DNA of 64,000 nt from positions 18,352,001 through 18,416,000 of the forward strand of contig CM022677.1 of NCBI GenBank assembly GCA_012295275.1, read 5' to 3'. The notes below the pieces were generated by a model, which saw only the letters and a list, made by a program, of their open reading frames with translations, searched no databases and had not been told where the DNA came from. This DNA is from Chrysomallon squamiferum (lineage: Eukaryota; Animalia; Mollusca). Within the stretch, counting starts at the first letter, position 1, and each line of letters starts with the position of its first letter. Shown here piece after piece: positions 43,393 through 57,585 of this stretch. Both the position numbers and the translations under genes were made by a program.

Positions 43393-43804
43393 CCTTTGTT
43401 ACGATGTCGATCAGGTTTCGCTCACAACCAGCACAGCAGAGATTTCCATCTTCTCGAACGTCGAAGTTGTAGATGTTGTCAGTTTTGTCGTCGTCGGTGA
43501 GATAAACATCTTTGCACGGAAAGCAGACGTCGTCGTCCCATTGCACAACGGTTTGACGTTGTGACTGCACCCGTGGTGTAGTGAAAGTTAGAAATATAAC
43601 GATCACCAGAAAGATGTCGATGAAAAGAAAAAGGACAATGACCTGTGTCCAGAATTTGTTTTTCTCTTTTTCTGCGTCTTTATCTTTGTCTAAATTTTCT
43701 TCTCCATTTGGTTTGATGAGTGGCTCGTCACTGCTACCTGGATTACAGCTTTCTCTCTGTTTCACTTCTTTGTTTTGTAACAAACTTTCGTTCTTATGAT
43801 CCAT
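41257..43804 (-). pseudogene. TNF-superfamily ligand gene (type II membrane protein), apparently disrupted
   Basis: Exon 43394-43804 has ATG, TM VIVLFLFIDIFLVIVIFL, a Cys-containing stalk (CFPC...CCAGC) and donor AAG|gttttt. A probable exon at 41966-42033 reads ...VYAKLTEI. The last exon, 41257-41594, reads SAFTGKKMIYKHGRIEV...YQGALFELKADDSIELRV...NFGIYCFQ*, a TNF homology domain. There is an in-frame TGA at 41440-41442, the GxY part of the strand-C motif is missing, and exons 2 and 3 do not match in phase. Confidence 0.8.
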
Positions 43805-44132
43805 TTCTTTTCTATCTCAGAAAACTTGTATATCGCTCAGATACAAACTGCGAACTGAGAAATGTTTGTTTGATGTTTATTTTAAGACGTTTTGCGACTA
43901 ATGAAATGATTACACTTGGAACACCATCATATGTGATCTGTGAATAGGGTGAGACATGGCGTTTTGCCAGTTATCAGATTTGTGAATGGGGTGAGATATG
44001 ACGTTTTGCCAGCTATCAATGACAGTCACACTGCTCATCATGCGATCTACAGTTGATATTTGAAACATGTCATTTGGTTTTGCCTTAAACGCAGTCTGAT
44101 AATCGTTGTCGCTGAGGAAAAGTTTATACACA

Positions 44133-44225
44133 ACCTGTAATACAATCTAGTTACCTGTAATACAATCTAGTTACCTGTAATACAATCTAGTTACCTGTAA
44201 TACAATCTAGTTATCTGTAATACAT
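44133..44225. repeat. 20-bp minisatellite (acctgtaatacaatctagtt), about 4.5 copies
   Basis: Directly visible, about 330 bp upstream of the TNF-like ATG. Confidence 0.9.
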
Positions 44226-45158
44226 TCTTCTTTGTACTGTAATCCTACAGGTCATTGCAAAACCACTGTCTACGTCACTGTATACACCCTGTGGTTCTGA
44301 ACTTCTGGAAATTATTTTGGTTTCAGGTACTGAGTCAAATGGGTTCATGAGTCAGGCAGTGTTCGTTGTAGGGATTAGTGTTTCATTTCAGTTCTTTATG
44401 ATTGTTAGCTTTACAGCATATTAAAGTACAAAAGAAAAAAGAAGAATAAGAAAAAAGAAATGAAATATTCAACTCATTACTTCATTCATTCATCGATTAC
44501 TTGAGTTTTTTCGTTTAGTTTAGTTTATGGGTTGTTGTTGTTGTTTTCGTCGTCGTCGTGGTAGTAGTAGTAGTATAAACAACACGTATCAAAAAGGATG
44601 CTTCAGCAGAGGTTCTTTCAGTTTTGACAGACTCCATTTATATATAATTAACTAATAAAAAGAACAACAATAGCAGCAACAGCAGCAACAACAACGACAA
44701 CAACGACAACAACAATAATAATAATAATGACGATGAACTTAAATTTATAATGACAACTCTGCGCCAAATACTAAATAAATAAATAAACGTTTTATGTGTG
44801 TTATGCGTGTATTATTAAGACATGTCTTATCCAGTTTTATTTAAACAAATAACAATTATCTATACGATTTTATAACAATTCCAGTATCTTTTATATTTCA
44901 ATAGTTGAAAAAATATCTCAAAACGAATTTATTTATTTATTAATTTATATTTTTATTAATGCTCTTTTCGTTATTTTATTTTAATTTTCTTGTTATTTAT
45001 AATCTGTTTATTATTTAATTATTTTTCTAAAGAAAGAGCTGAAGGCAATTACAGAGTGAACATTTTATAATAACCACTTAATAAAGTTAACAATTAATAT
45101 ATTTATTTCCTTGGGCACACCTAATGACATACAGTCATGTATATATGTATGTATGTAT

Positions 45159-45263
<105 letters not shown>

Positions 45264-45537
45264 ATATTTATATGAGAATAGATTTCTAGATTATGCAAGG
45301 TTAGCCGGGTTCAACTGAGAACAGATGTTTCAAGATATCGCTCTCACCCAGATGTACTGTGATATCTTGTTTGAACGGACGTAACTAATACATGACTAAG
45401 AAACACGTGTTACAGTTTAATCTTTTCTTTTGTTTGTTTATCTGCGGATTGTGACTGTTACAGCTGATATGTGAAATGAAAGACGTTTATTTCACTGTTT
45501 CATACATATATTGTGTATGAATAATCTCTCTCACACA

Positions 45538-45639
<102 letters not shown>

Positions 45640-45777
45640 ATCTATCTATCTAAGTATCTATCTCTCTCTCTCCCATTTCAAACATCTCTGGATTTTTATA
45701 ATGAAAGAAAATTTCAGAATCACTACGTGACTGGTATATCTAAAAACAGAGAAAACTTAATCAGAAAATTATATATA

Positions 45778-46478
45778 CAGTGGTACCTTGACTTACGAGT
45801 TTAATTCGTTCTGTGACCGAGTTCATAACTCAAATTGCTCGTATATCAAATCACTTTACCCAACTAAAATTAACTGAAATACCATTAAACCCCCAGAAAA
45901 AACCCAATCCCAATTCTTTTGTAAAGTGTATTTAAAAAAAAAAAAAAAAGTTCTCTGTGCATAAATGACAAATATTGTATAAAAATAAAATAAAAGAGAA
46001 TGTAAAGAAATAAACTGGTTTTGTAAAGTGTACAGGGTTAGGGTTTCTCCTTCTTTTCATGGACAGAGGTCCGCAGCTTACAAATTATTTCAACACCTTT
46101 GCTCGAGTTATAGCCTTTATCGACTGCTTCTGCTTCAGTATGGTACATATCGTAAAAGTACTACACTCGTACTGCCTAGCCATGTTGACTACACGCACAC
46201 CTCGCTCTTGTTTTTCTATGATTTCATGCTTTAATTCAATGGACATCATCCGCTTATTTTTCTCAGAAGTGTCCTTTGTACTCACTTTCTCGGGATCCAT
46301 GTCTATGTTTGGCAAAATACTGCACAAAACACGAGCACAACAGAACAGAGATGTTTCCACAGCGAGGTAACCACGCGAAGGAAACGAGTGAGACGCGGGA
46401 TACTGGCCGAATGTTCGTAATTCGCTCGTAATTCGGATCTTGGCTCGTAACTCAAAGCAAAAAATAGACCGGGCTCTT
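45778..46478 (-). mobile_element. Tigger/pogo-family element, copy 3 (right TIR missing)
   Basis: TA|CAGTGGTACCTTGACTTACGAGT at 45778. Encodes MDPEKVSTK...IELKHEIIEKQERGVRVVNMARQYECSTFTICTILK, a CENP-B/psq-type HTH. Confidence 0.85.
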
Positions 46479-46509
46479 TGAATAGTGAATACGAATAACA
46501 GGAAGAGGG

Positions 46510-46645
<136 letters not shown>

Positions 46646-46690
46646 AAATATAATAAAATAAAAATTAATTTTAATTATTTGTTTACTTAC

Positions 46691-46974
46691 TGATTGATGT
46701 TTGATGAACGACCAAGTTTATAGTACCAGTAGGGTAATCGGCCTGAAACATGAGCTCCAGGTTCTGTACAATGGAAAAGATTTCTGCCTAATTTGTCAGT
46801 ACCAGTTATCGGATGAACACTCAGTCTTTTAAGACATTTTGCTATACCTATAACATCTTTACCACAATCTTCTCTGCAGATCGTAGAGTTATTTCCCCTG
46901 GTGCTCAAGCGTGTCAGTGTTTCGTTACTGAGCACGTAACCAGCCTCACCGTTGTGAAATCCAGGCTTCTTGAA
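46691..46974 (-). pseudogene. C1GALT1-like exon-2 3' fragment, copy 2
   Basis: FKKPGFHNGEAGYVLS...GRNLFHCTEPGAHVSGRLPYWYY, with a gtaagt donor remnant at 46690. The ED motif is changed to DV and the 5' half is absent. Shares its flank (46975-47243) with 36356-36625. Confidence 0.85.
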
Positions 46975-47263
46975 AACATTTTTAAAAACTATATTTAGAA
47001 TGTTTATTGAGAAATGAAAGGTGACGTAATACATATTACGTAATACGTGAAAGGTCAAAGATCATCTGCGACAGCAAACTGGTGAAATATACACAACTAA
47101 TTTAGTAGATATTCAACAAAGGTGAACGTGTTTAAAGAATGTTTTATTTCATTATCTTAAGATTTTATGATATTGGAGGCTCGTTATCTCCGTCACACAT
47201 AGTTTATATAATACTTAAGTTTTATATACTAAAGAGGAGACTGTTGTACCGTAACAGCAGAAC

Positions 47264-47337
<74 letters not shown>

Positions 47338-47463
47338 CATTATTATTTTTATCATTATTAGAGATAAAAATATATACAAGAGATAAAACAATTAGTTTGT
47401 GTTTCGTGTTTAATAATTTTCTTTTACTAAGTCACGACATCTCCACTTGTTAGTTATAAAAAA

Positions 47464-47592
47464 TTACTGAAAGCAATAAATTCCGAAGTTGTGTTTGTTG
47501 TTGTCCTTTAGGATATTTTTAATATTCTACACGCGCAGTTCAATACTGTCGTCTGCTTTCAGTTCAAACAACGCACCTTGGTAAGTTGGAGT
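47464..47592 (-). pseudogene. Duplicated TNF-domain C-terminal fragment
   Basis: Reads TPTYQGALFELKADDSIELRV*NIKNILKDNNKHNFGIYCFQ*, a paralog of about 41257-41385 with CAG>TAG. A more decayed copy lies at about 56270-56420. Confidence 0.85.
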
Positions 47593-48036
47593 AATATACA
47601 TTGAGAATAATTAATTTTCAGTTACACTTGAACAAATATATCTCAGAGATATCTTTCTACACCTGACCCAGCTTATTCTTGTTTCCATGGTTTCCTTGTT
47701 GGAGACAACATACATAGATACAAATGTATAGGAAGGGTAGATAACAAAATTAACCTTTACCATGACCTTGTCCTGAAAACGAAGAACAAATAAACATGAA
47801 AATAGGTAAGCTCTTCTGATATATTTGTTTTCTTTATTTTTTTTTTCTTCTTTTGTTGTCGTTGTTTTTGTATTTCATATACATACTAATTTACTGCGTT
47901 GTGTGACCAAGAAAGCCGTACTTTAATGTTCAGTGGGAAAATGTTTGATTCAGAGAGCTGGATCAAGAATAAATAGTGCAGATGTTTTTGTAATCACGTT
48001 TAATACGTCTTATTATTATTATTATCATCATCATCA

Positions 48037-48112
<76 letters not shown>

Positions 48113-48731
48113 TGTTTATCTTTCAAAATGTCCGTCTGTTTTTATTTAATAAATGTGTATGCCATTTTTAATATTTGTCTTCAAAAAATATTAGCTATTT
48201 GTTGTTTTTATGCTTTTCATTGATTTATTTGCTTGTTTATTCATTTTATATATTAATTTTATTAATTATCAGTTTTTTGAGTGCTTATGTGTGTGCATGG
48301 GTGTTCGTTTGTGTAGATTTTGGTGTATTAGTAATCCTGTTTGCTTGTCTGGGTGTGGAAGTAACCCTTAACTCTTTTTTTTTCGAGGATTTGCTTGACC
48401 TAACTGAAGGAATCATTAGAGGCATCGGAAATGACGAACTTTCCCGAACCCTTCCGGAAATGCAAGTGATACACCGAAGCTTCAAATATTAATTCGGTAA
48501 ACTCCGTCATAATTCGGAAGATATCTAATTGAAAGTAATAAGATTTAAGAAAGACATTTATATTAACTCTCTGTTCTTAAAAGCCTCTCTCTCTCTCTCT
48601 TGACAAATGTCGGTTTCATTTTAGTAAAAAATTCATTTTTCGTAAGTTCAAATACTTCCATCCATCCACACACACACACATACAGAAACACACACACAAA
48701 TATAGATACATGCATAGATACATACACACAC

Positions 48732-48765
<34 letters not shown>

Positions 48766-49482
48766 TCATTCACATATACATATACACATAATTATATTTG
48801 CACGCAAACCTACAGGTACGTAAATACGCACAAATCCATACATTCTCTTTCTAATAAGACATATTACAAATAAACATGTGCGTAAACACAATACACATGG
48901 ATACGCACGCCGGCCTACAATAGCAAATACTCACATTCTTATTATAATCAGATATATAAATACATAAATCATTCCATATAAGATAAAACATATATAAAGA
49001 AGTAATAATTATAATAAAATACATGAAGTAGACTTATTTATAATTTAGCGCCATCAATTTGCAAACAAATCCAGTAACGAACTTATATCGTGCGTATAAA
49101 ATAAATTTAAAAATAAAATACCTAAAATAATTTCATTTTGGCTCCCAGTTACGAAGCCACAGAAAATTAAGAACAGTAACAATTAAAAAAATAATAAATA
49201 CCCTGATAAGATAGCAAACCTTTGACAGACACACTTGAACCAGAGCAAATCTCAGTGATGTATTTTTAGCTTGGTGTATTAATAATCCTATTTGCTTGTT
49301 TACGTGTGGCATTAAGACTTGACCCTTTTTTTTTTCTTTTTTTTTTATAAGTTCATTAAAACTGCGAACTGTGATTGTTCCTTTGATGTTTTCTCACGAC
49401 TCTCATAACACAGTAAAATGGCGGATCTTTGTTGATTTAGTAGGACCTCGGGACACATCAACATGGGAATTATATTAAATGA

Positions 49483-49534
<52 letters not shown>

Positions 49535-49743
49535 CTGCATTTCTTGGAAAACAATAATAAGTAAGGTTGGTTATTATTACTTTTTTTTCGTCCCAGAAAT
49601 CATTTGGGGTTTACCCTCCCAGCTAAAAATAGATGACTGAGCTTTGTTGTGGCTCAAGCGTGTCTGTCAAAGGTTTGATATCTTATCAGTGTATATGATA
49701 AACTCAGTTTATAAAACACCTTTAAATAAAACTAATGTACAAC

Positions 49744-49839
<96 letters not shown>

Positions 49840-52794
49840 ACATTTACGCCTTGCAAGGTTAGCTACGTTCAATCGATACAAGATTTTTCAAGATATCTCT
49901 GTCATATCCTACGATATCTTGTTTCAGTTGACATAAATGTTAATCTCTTCAAGACATTAGTTGACAGAGACTCGTAAATACATGTCAGAGTTTATTCTTA
50001 TCTTTATTACTTGTCTTTTGTTTGTTAATCTGCCCAAACTGACAAGATTTAGTCATCGCCTTCTTAACTATTGTTTAGTTCATTGTCACTGTTACAGCGT
50101 GTATATGAAATGAAAAAAAATATATACCAAGCCAAGATAAGTCACTCTAAATTTGCACACTCGAATGAATGCTTAATTGATCACGCAATTCTTGGAAGTG
50201 TTTTTTTTTTCTTCGTTATGAGTCCTGATGTTGTTGTTGTCGTCGTAGACGTTGTTGTAGTAGTAGTAAAAACAGCGACACACATTTCGCAGTTTGCCAA
50301 TTGTTTTTGAGTAACAGTAGACTTATTCCTTTCTGTAGTTTATATGTTACAGTCAACATGTGAGAATAGACATCTGACCTAACACCCTAGACTACGTGAC
50401 ACGAGGCCTAATGAGAAAATGAGAGCAATTCAGGCAGACAGTCAAATGGGTTTAGTGCTTGTTTACAACTGTTCATTGTAGGGATTAGTGGTTCAATTGA
50501 GTTCTTTATTATTGTAAGCTTTACAGCCTATTGATATACAATGTCAATAAAAATGCAAGAAGTATAAATAGTGACAATATGATAAAAAGAAAAAAAATTA
50601 TTTGGAGAATATAAATAATATAGCACGTAAGTTATATCTAACAAATCAAAACTTTACGACATTGAAATGTTTTAATCAAATATTTTCCCAAATTACACAG
50701 TGATTTCTTATGTTCAGTCTCATCTCACCACTGATACATAATCTACTTTTTTTCTTCTGCTCTCTCACTATTCCTGCATCTCCCAGTCTCATTTGTCAGC
50801 TGATGTGCAGATTCACTTTTGTCAAGTATCTTTTATAAATCATTGGTACAGATTTAACTAAATGAAACTGAAATGTTACACCATCTGTGATGTATTTACA
50901 TAACTTGTCACATTTCACAGATGTATTTAACTGAATTGAAAGATTCTGCCTTGCTGAGTCATGTATCATTTGCTAAATTATGCATAAATATTTTTCAATA
51001 TTTTCATTAATCTGTGTATCCCAGTCCCAATTCATATAACGTTTTCCTAATAAAAGTCACCCAGTTATTTGTTTGTGATATAAAATACGGTGTCAGGGCA
51101 TTCCCCCCATCGGATATTTCCCTCCGGGTATTTCCCACTGGTGATTCCCCTCTACGTCATCCCCCCCCCGGTGTCAGTTCTCGGCCCTTCCTACCTATCA
51201 AATATCTGAACTATACTATGAGTATCGTTGTCTTTAATATCTGATTTACTGCAGTTTGACATGTGACATCTTTGATGTCAAATTAACTGAATAAAAACAC
51301 CAACATCAACACTGTTGACTGTTCAGCTTACGTAAAAAAGAAAAAACAATGGATACTTCTAGTCGAGGCAAAAACATTTTGATTCATGATGATTACGTCT
51401 CTCTGTGTCACCGAATTCAGATTAAGTAACACATTTTTTTGTTTTCTGTAACACCCGCCTATTCAGTTTCAACTTGAAATAAATTTATAACAAAGCAACG
51501 AAAGCTACTTGTAGCCTGATAGCTAAAAGTCGATAGAATAATTTCTCTATCTACTGTATACTTGATTTATTTAACACACTAAGACAGCCAATTTTATTGT
51601 ACGGTTGGGAAATATCGGGTTTTACAAATATACAACTAATATAAACACTGCATATGAAATTTGGTTACGAGATGGCTACAATGAAAACACCGTAGGCATC
51701 AAGTTTGTTCAGTTCAGGAACAAGTCAAGCTACAGTGTCGTGATATATAATATTCTTAATTTTACATACTCACGGCATAGTGACTAATGCTTTCAGAAAT
51801 GATACACTTCAGTTCACAAATAAATATATACTTATTTTTAATTTTTTAGTAAATCGAAGTTTATGTTAAGTAATGTAAAACATTTATGAATAAAACTACA
51901 CACGAGTAAACAAATAAAAAGCAGTATGATTACTACTGTAAACTGAATTTACGTTAGGCTTTAGAAATACCCGATGTTTTGAAAAACGTGACTAGATGTG
52001 AAACTGGAAACCTCACTGGAAATCTTACACTCGAGTTTTAAGTGCAGGTGTTAGAGATCATGTTTCTTCTTTTCTTTATTGTGCACGTTGAAGCTAGTTT
52101 GAGAAAGGGAAGTGAGATTTGTAGACAATTAATCGTGATTTAAATTTTGTTTTGGAGTTTTATAAATATAGAAGGATAATTAGACAGATAGACACCTCGT
52201 TAGAAATCTAATTGTAACACTGAAAGCGTTATAGTGATAAAATGTCGTGATAATATATCAGATCAGTTATTAAAATAACTTTACAAATTTTAAACTTTTT
52301 TCCTTTTTAATGATTGCACGGAATGACGTCACATAATATTGAAGTTTTCAACTGAAACAGAAGACTTACAAAACGTAAAATGTCATAATTAATTAATTAC
52401 TCAATGAACATAATAGCAATGATACTACTACTACTGCTAAGTAAATTTACTTCTGACAAAACAACTTACTGTGTCACATTGTTTCAGTAATACGTTAATT
52501 ATACGCGAGCTGACTAAATATAAATAGATTAGAGAAAGGATACTGTAAGTATCAAAGAAAGAAAATATGCTGTATAAAGAAATTTTATGTAGAAGACAAA
52601 TATATTCTTACCTACCTCCGTAGTAATAGTGTAACGATGTTGATATTAGTAGTGGTAGTGAAGCTGTAGCAGCAACAGTAGCATTAGCAGTCGTAGTAAC
52701 AGCAGCGATAGTAGTAGTAGTTGGTGTGGTAGTAGTAGTAGTAGTAGTATTAGCAGTCGTAGTAACAGCAGCGATAGTAGTAGTAGTTGGTGTG

Positions 52795-52859
<65 letters not shown>

Positions 52860-52944
52860 TGTAGCAGTAGTAGTAGTAGTAGTAGTAGCTTCAGATAAGT
52901 AAATGTATTAATGCCATACCCCACCCGTTAAATAAGCAAAACCC

Positions 52945-53223
52945 GACCTGGCTGTTTTATTTAACTGATATATATAAATATCAGACCTGGCTGTTTTATT
53001 TAACTGATATATATAAATATCAGACCTGGCTGTTTTATTTAACTGATATATATAAATATCAGACCTGGCTGTTTTATTTAACTGATATATATATATATAT
53101 ATCAGACCTGGATGTATTATTTAACTGATATATATAAATATCAGACCTGGCTGTTTTATTTAACTGATATATATAAATATCAGACCTGGCTGTATTATTT
53201 AACTGATATATATAAATATCAGA
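52945..53223. repeat. 39-bp minisatellite, 7 copies
   Basis: gacctggctgttttatttaactgatatatataaatatca at 52945, 52984, 53023, 53062, 53105, 53144 and 53183. Confidence 0.93.
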
Positions 53224-53443
53224 TTACTAAATAAGGCCGTGGTTTGAAATTGACACCTGAGTTTTTTCTACATCACGAAATAGTCAAAGTTCTGATCAAG
53301 CGGGTATATTAGATCACGTGTTTGAATGTTTGTCTCATAGAAATTAAACCCGGATTCCACAGCAACACAGCCTAATTGTCATCTCTTTGTTAGGAAATAC
53401 AGAACCTGGTAAGAACAGCATTTTGTTTTACTTAAGTTGCATT

Positions 53444-53485
<42 letters not shown>

Positions 53486-53612
53486 ATCTCTCTCTCGCTC
53501 TCTCTTCCATTTCAAACATGTTATCTGGACTTATATAATAAAAGGTAAACAAAATCACTGGGAGCCTGGTATATCTAAAAACAGAGAAAACGTAATTAGA
53601 AAATTACATCTA

Positions 53613-54394
53613 CAGTGGTACCTTCACTTACGAGTTTAATTCGTTCCGTGACCGAGCTCCCAACTCATATTACTCGTATATCAAATCACTTTACCCAACT
53701 AAAATTAACTGAAAAACCATTAATCCGTTCCAGCCCCCCAATTTTGTTGTAACATGTATTTAAATTAAAAAAACAAATATGTGTGTATAAATGACAAATA
53801 TTATATAAAAATAAGATAAAAGAGAATGTAAAGAAATAAAATGGAATTTTGTATAGTGTACAGAGTTAGGGTTTCTCCATCTTTTCATGGACATTGGTCT
53901 ACAGCATACAATGTATTTTAACGCCTTTCGCTGGAGTTACAGCCTTTATCGACTCCTTCTGTTTCAGTATAGTACATATTGTAAAAGTACTACACTCGTA
54001 CTTCCTAGCTATGTTGACTACATATATACCTGGCTCATGTTTTTTTATGATTTCATGCTTTAATTCAATGGATATCATCCGCTTCTTCTTCTCAGCACTG
54101 TCCTTTGCAGGCACTTTCTTTGGCTCCATGGAAATCTGGCAAAATATTGCACAAAACACGAGAACATCACAACAGAGATGTTTCCACGGCGTGGTAACCA
54201 CGTGAAGCAAACGAGTGAGACGCGGGATGCTGGGCGGATGTTTTGTTGTTCGTTGCGCCAACTACTGGCAGCGTATTTGAAGCTGGCTCGTAACTCGATT
54301 TTGGTTCGCAAGTCAAAGCAAGAAATAGACCAGGCGGCTGCTCGTAACTAGGAAAATTCGTAAATTGGAGCACTCGTAACGCGAGGTACCACTG
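53613..54394 (-). mobile_element. Tigger/pogo (Tc1-mariner superfamily) internally deleted element with both ends, 782 bp
   Basis: TA flanks both sides (53611-53612 and 54395-54396). The 23-bp TIRs are CAGTGGTACCTTCACTTACGAGT and CAGTGGTACCTCGCGTTACGAGT (19/23). The ORF from ATG 54129 to 53899 encodes only the N-terminal HTH (MEPKKVPAK...IELKHEIIKKHE...STFTICTILKQKESIK), with no DDE domain. Confidence 0.92.
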
Positions 54395-54421
54395 TATCAT
54401 AAAGATTATTTATTAACTTAC

Positions 54422-54792
54422 TTTCCTAAATTACCAAGTTGATAGTACCAGTAGGGTAAACGCCCTGTAAGATGAGCTCTAGGGTTCATACAGTGGAAAA
54501 GATTTCTGTACAATTTGTTAGTACCAGCTATCTGTTTCACACTCAGTCTTTTAAGACACTCTGCTAGTATTACATCTTCTTTTGAACCACCTTGTCTGCA
54601 GATCGTAGAGTTATTTCCCCTGGTGCTCCAGCGTGTCAGCGTTTCTTTACTGAGCACGTAGCCAGCTTCTTGAAAAACTGACGTGTTTTTAGTGGACAGG
54701 AAGTAACGTAAGTTCTCTACGATGACGTAACTATCGACGTCTGCTTTCATGAACCAGTCGGCGTCGTTTAAGTGGTGTTTGTAGATGTACTG
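54422..54792 (-). pseudogene. C1GALT1-like exon-2 fragment, copy 3 (internal deletions)
   Basis: QYIYKHHLNDADWFMKADVDSYVIVENLRYFLSTKNTS-[PVYxG..SGG segment deleted]-AGYVLSKE...KED...FHCMNP...LPYWYY. An out-of-phase gtaagt donor is at 54421. No first or last exon was seen. Confidence 0.87.
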
Positions 54793-55168
54793 ACAGAGAG
54801 ATATAAAAATAATAATAATAAAAAAAAAAAAATCTGACAAACACTAATGTGAAAAGTAGAAAGGTAGAAAGAAAAACAAAAAATGAAATGAAATGTTGAA
54901 GTTATTAATTCATTTATTTGTATATTAATTAATTAATTATTTTTTCTTTTGTTTATTATTAATATTATTATTTTGTGTTTAGATTAATTCTTTGATTTAT
55001 TATTGCTGTTGACGTCATCGCCGTTGTTGTGGTAGTAGTTGTAAAAACAGCAAAAATAATGAAAAGGATGATTCACCTGATATGTTTTCATTGTTTACAG
55101 GCTCTATTTATATATGTTTACATATAATTAATTAATAAAACAACAACAACAACAACAAAGAAACAACA

Positions 55169-55200
<32 letters not shown>

Positions 55201-56017
55201 TACGATGAATTTAAATACATATAATGACAACACTATGCCACATATTAAACAAATAAATAAACTGTTTAATGAATGTGTTATTTGAGCTTTCTTAATATAC
55301 GTATAATCCAGTTTGGTTTAAACAAACGTAACAATTATCAGTACGATTTCAATTTCTGTCGAGTTTTCGGCAAGGGAAGTAACTCTGTTATCAAACGTTA
55401 AGCAAAAGAAATAGACTGGTTATCCCGCCTGATCTCTTTCCAAACCGGTTTAATATATAACTGAAGCAATATTCAAGGAGACTAATATCATTATAATAAC
55501 GATTTCAGTATCATCTGTATTTCACATGAAATTTTGAAAAAAATACTGTCAAAACTTCTACAGTTGAAAAACTAAAGAAATCAAACCAATGCAAAACAAC
55601 TGATGGTTAGATAAAAAAAAAAAAGATAATTAAAAACAAATATATACAACAAACATATAATCAAAAACGTAATACATCTGTTAATATACAGTTCATTACA
55701 ATCAAAGCTAAGGATAAGTCAATTACATGCATTCAAATATTAAAATCGACTGTTAAAGTCCATTCATTCCTAACTGATATCAGTTCCACTCCATCCTGGT
55801 GTGTTAAAAGTAATCTTTAAGAAAAGCAGTCAATTTCAGCTTGGGTTCTGTTGTATTTTTAGAAAAACATGAACCTCTAGATAGCACCAGATTAACAGGT
55901 GTGATTTGATGTTTATGTATTTCTGGCACTTGGACACCTGGCACACTAATACCATACTAATCTGTATGTAATCATTTGCATCACCTATGTCAACTAGAAC
56001 TAATTACATTGTTATTA

Positions 56018-56055
<38 letters not shown>

Positions 56056-57477
56056 GCTACTACTATTACTACTACTGCTATTATTATTATTATTATTACT
56101 ATTATAGAAAATATATACAAGAGATAAAATAATTATAATAATAATAGCAGAAGTAGTACTTGTTCTAGTGTTAGTACTAGTGAAAAAGTAATAGTAGTGA
56201 TAATAACGTTAAATCCACAAAACTGATTCTGATTAAAGTTCTGTAATTGAAAGTTATGTCTCTGCTTTGTAAGTTTGTGTTTCGTGTTTAATCATTTTCA
56301 TTTACTAAATAACGACATCTCCACTTGTTAGTTATTGTTATTTACTGAAAGAAATAAATTCAAAGTTTTTTTTGTTTTGTTCTTTTGAAGATTTTTAATG
56401 TCCTGCTAAGTGTGAGTAATAACACTGATAATAATTAATTTTAAGATACACTTTAACAAATATATCTCAGAGATATCTTTCTACACCTGATCCAGTTTAT
56501 TCTTGTTTCCATGGTTTCGTTGTTGGAGACAACCTACATACATACAAATGTATAGGAAGGGTAGATAAGAAGATGACCTTAACCATGACCTTGTATTGAA
56601 AAACGAAGAACAACGTAAATATGAAGATAAGAAAGCTCTTCTAGTATCGATTTTTTTTCTTTATAGTTGTTTCTGTTGTTGTTGTTCTTTTGTTGTCGTC
56701 GTTGTTGTATTTCATGTACATAATATTTTGTTGCCTTGTGTGTCCAAGAAAGGCGTAGTTTAATGTTTAGTGGAAACATGTTGGATTCAGAGAGCTGCAT
56801 CAAGAATAAGCAGATCTTTTTGTAATAACGTGTTTTTTTTCTTTCTTTCTTGCTTTTTTAAATTGCCCTTTGTTTTTATTTCATAAATTTCTATCCAATT
56901 TATAATTGGTGTTTTTAAAAATTCTTATCTATTTTTAAAATTTTATTTATTAATAATATTATTTTTTTACATTTATTTATTCATTCATTAATTTTCGTAC
57001 TGAAGATTTATGTATTAAATTAATTAATCATCAGCAATCCGTATTTTTTTGTTTTGATTATTTTATTTTCTGATATATATATGTTTGTTTGTTTGTTTAT
57101 TTATTTATTTTGGTGTGTTTACGTCTGGCAGTAAGACTTGACCCATTTTTTTTGTGCCAGTTCATTGAAACTGCGAACTGTGATTGTTCCTTTGATGTTT
57201 TCTGACGACTCTAATAATAGAGTAATATGGCGGATCATTATTGATTTAATGGAATCTCGGGATACTTCAACATGCGAATTATATGTATTTCTTGGAAAAC
57301 AATAATAAGTAAGGTTGGTTATTATTAAAACAAATTTCGCCCCAGAATTCAGTTGTGGTTTACCAACCCAGTTTAAAATAGATGACTGAGATTTGCTGTG
57401 ATTCAAATGTGCCTCATAACCTCAGTTTATTAAACACCTTTAAATAAAACTAACATAATTTTATACTAAGTCAGTAC

Positions 57478-57585
<108 letters not shown>

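Noticed and set aside
51088-51180. GC-rich patch with ttcccc sub-repeats bounded by cggtgtcag
   Set aside because: It may be a transposon subterminal remnant, but no partner end or TSD was found.
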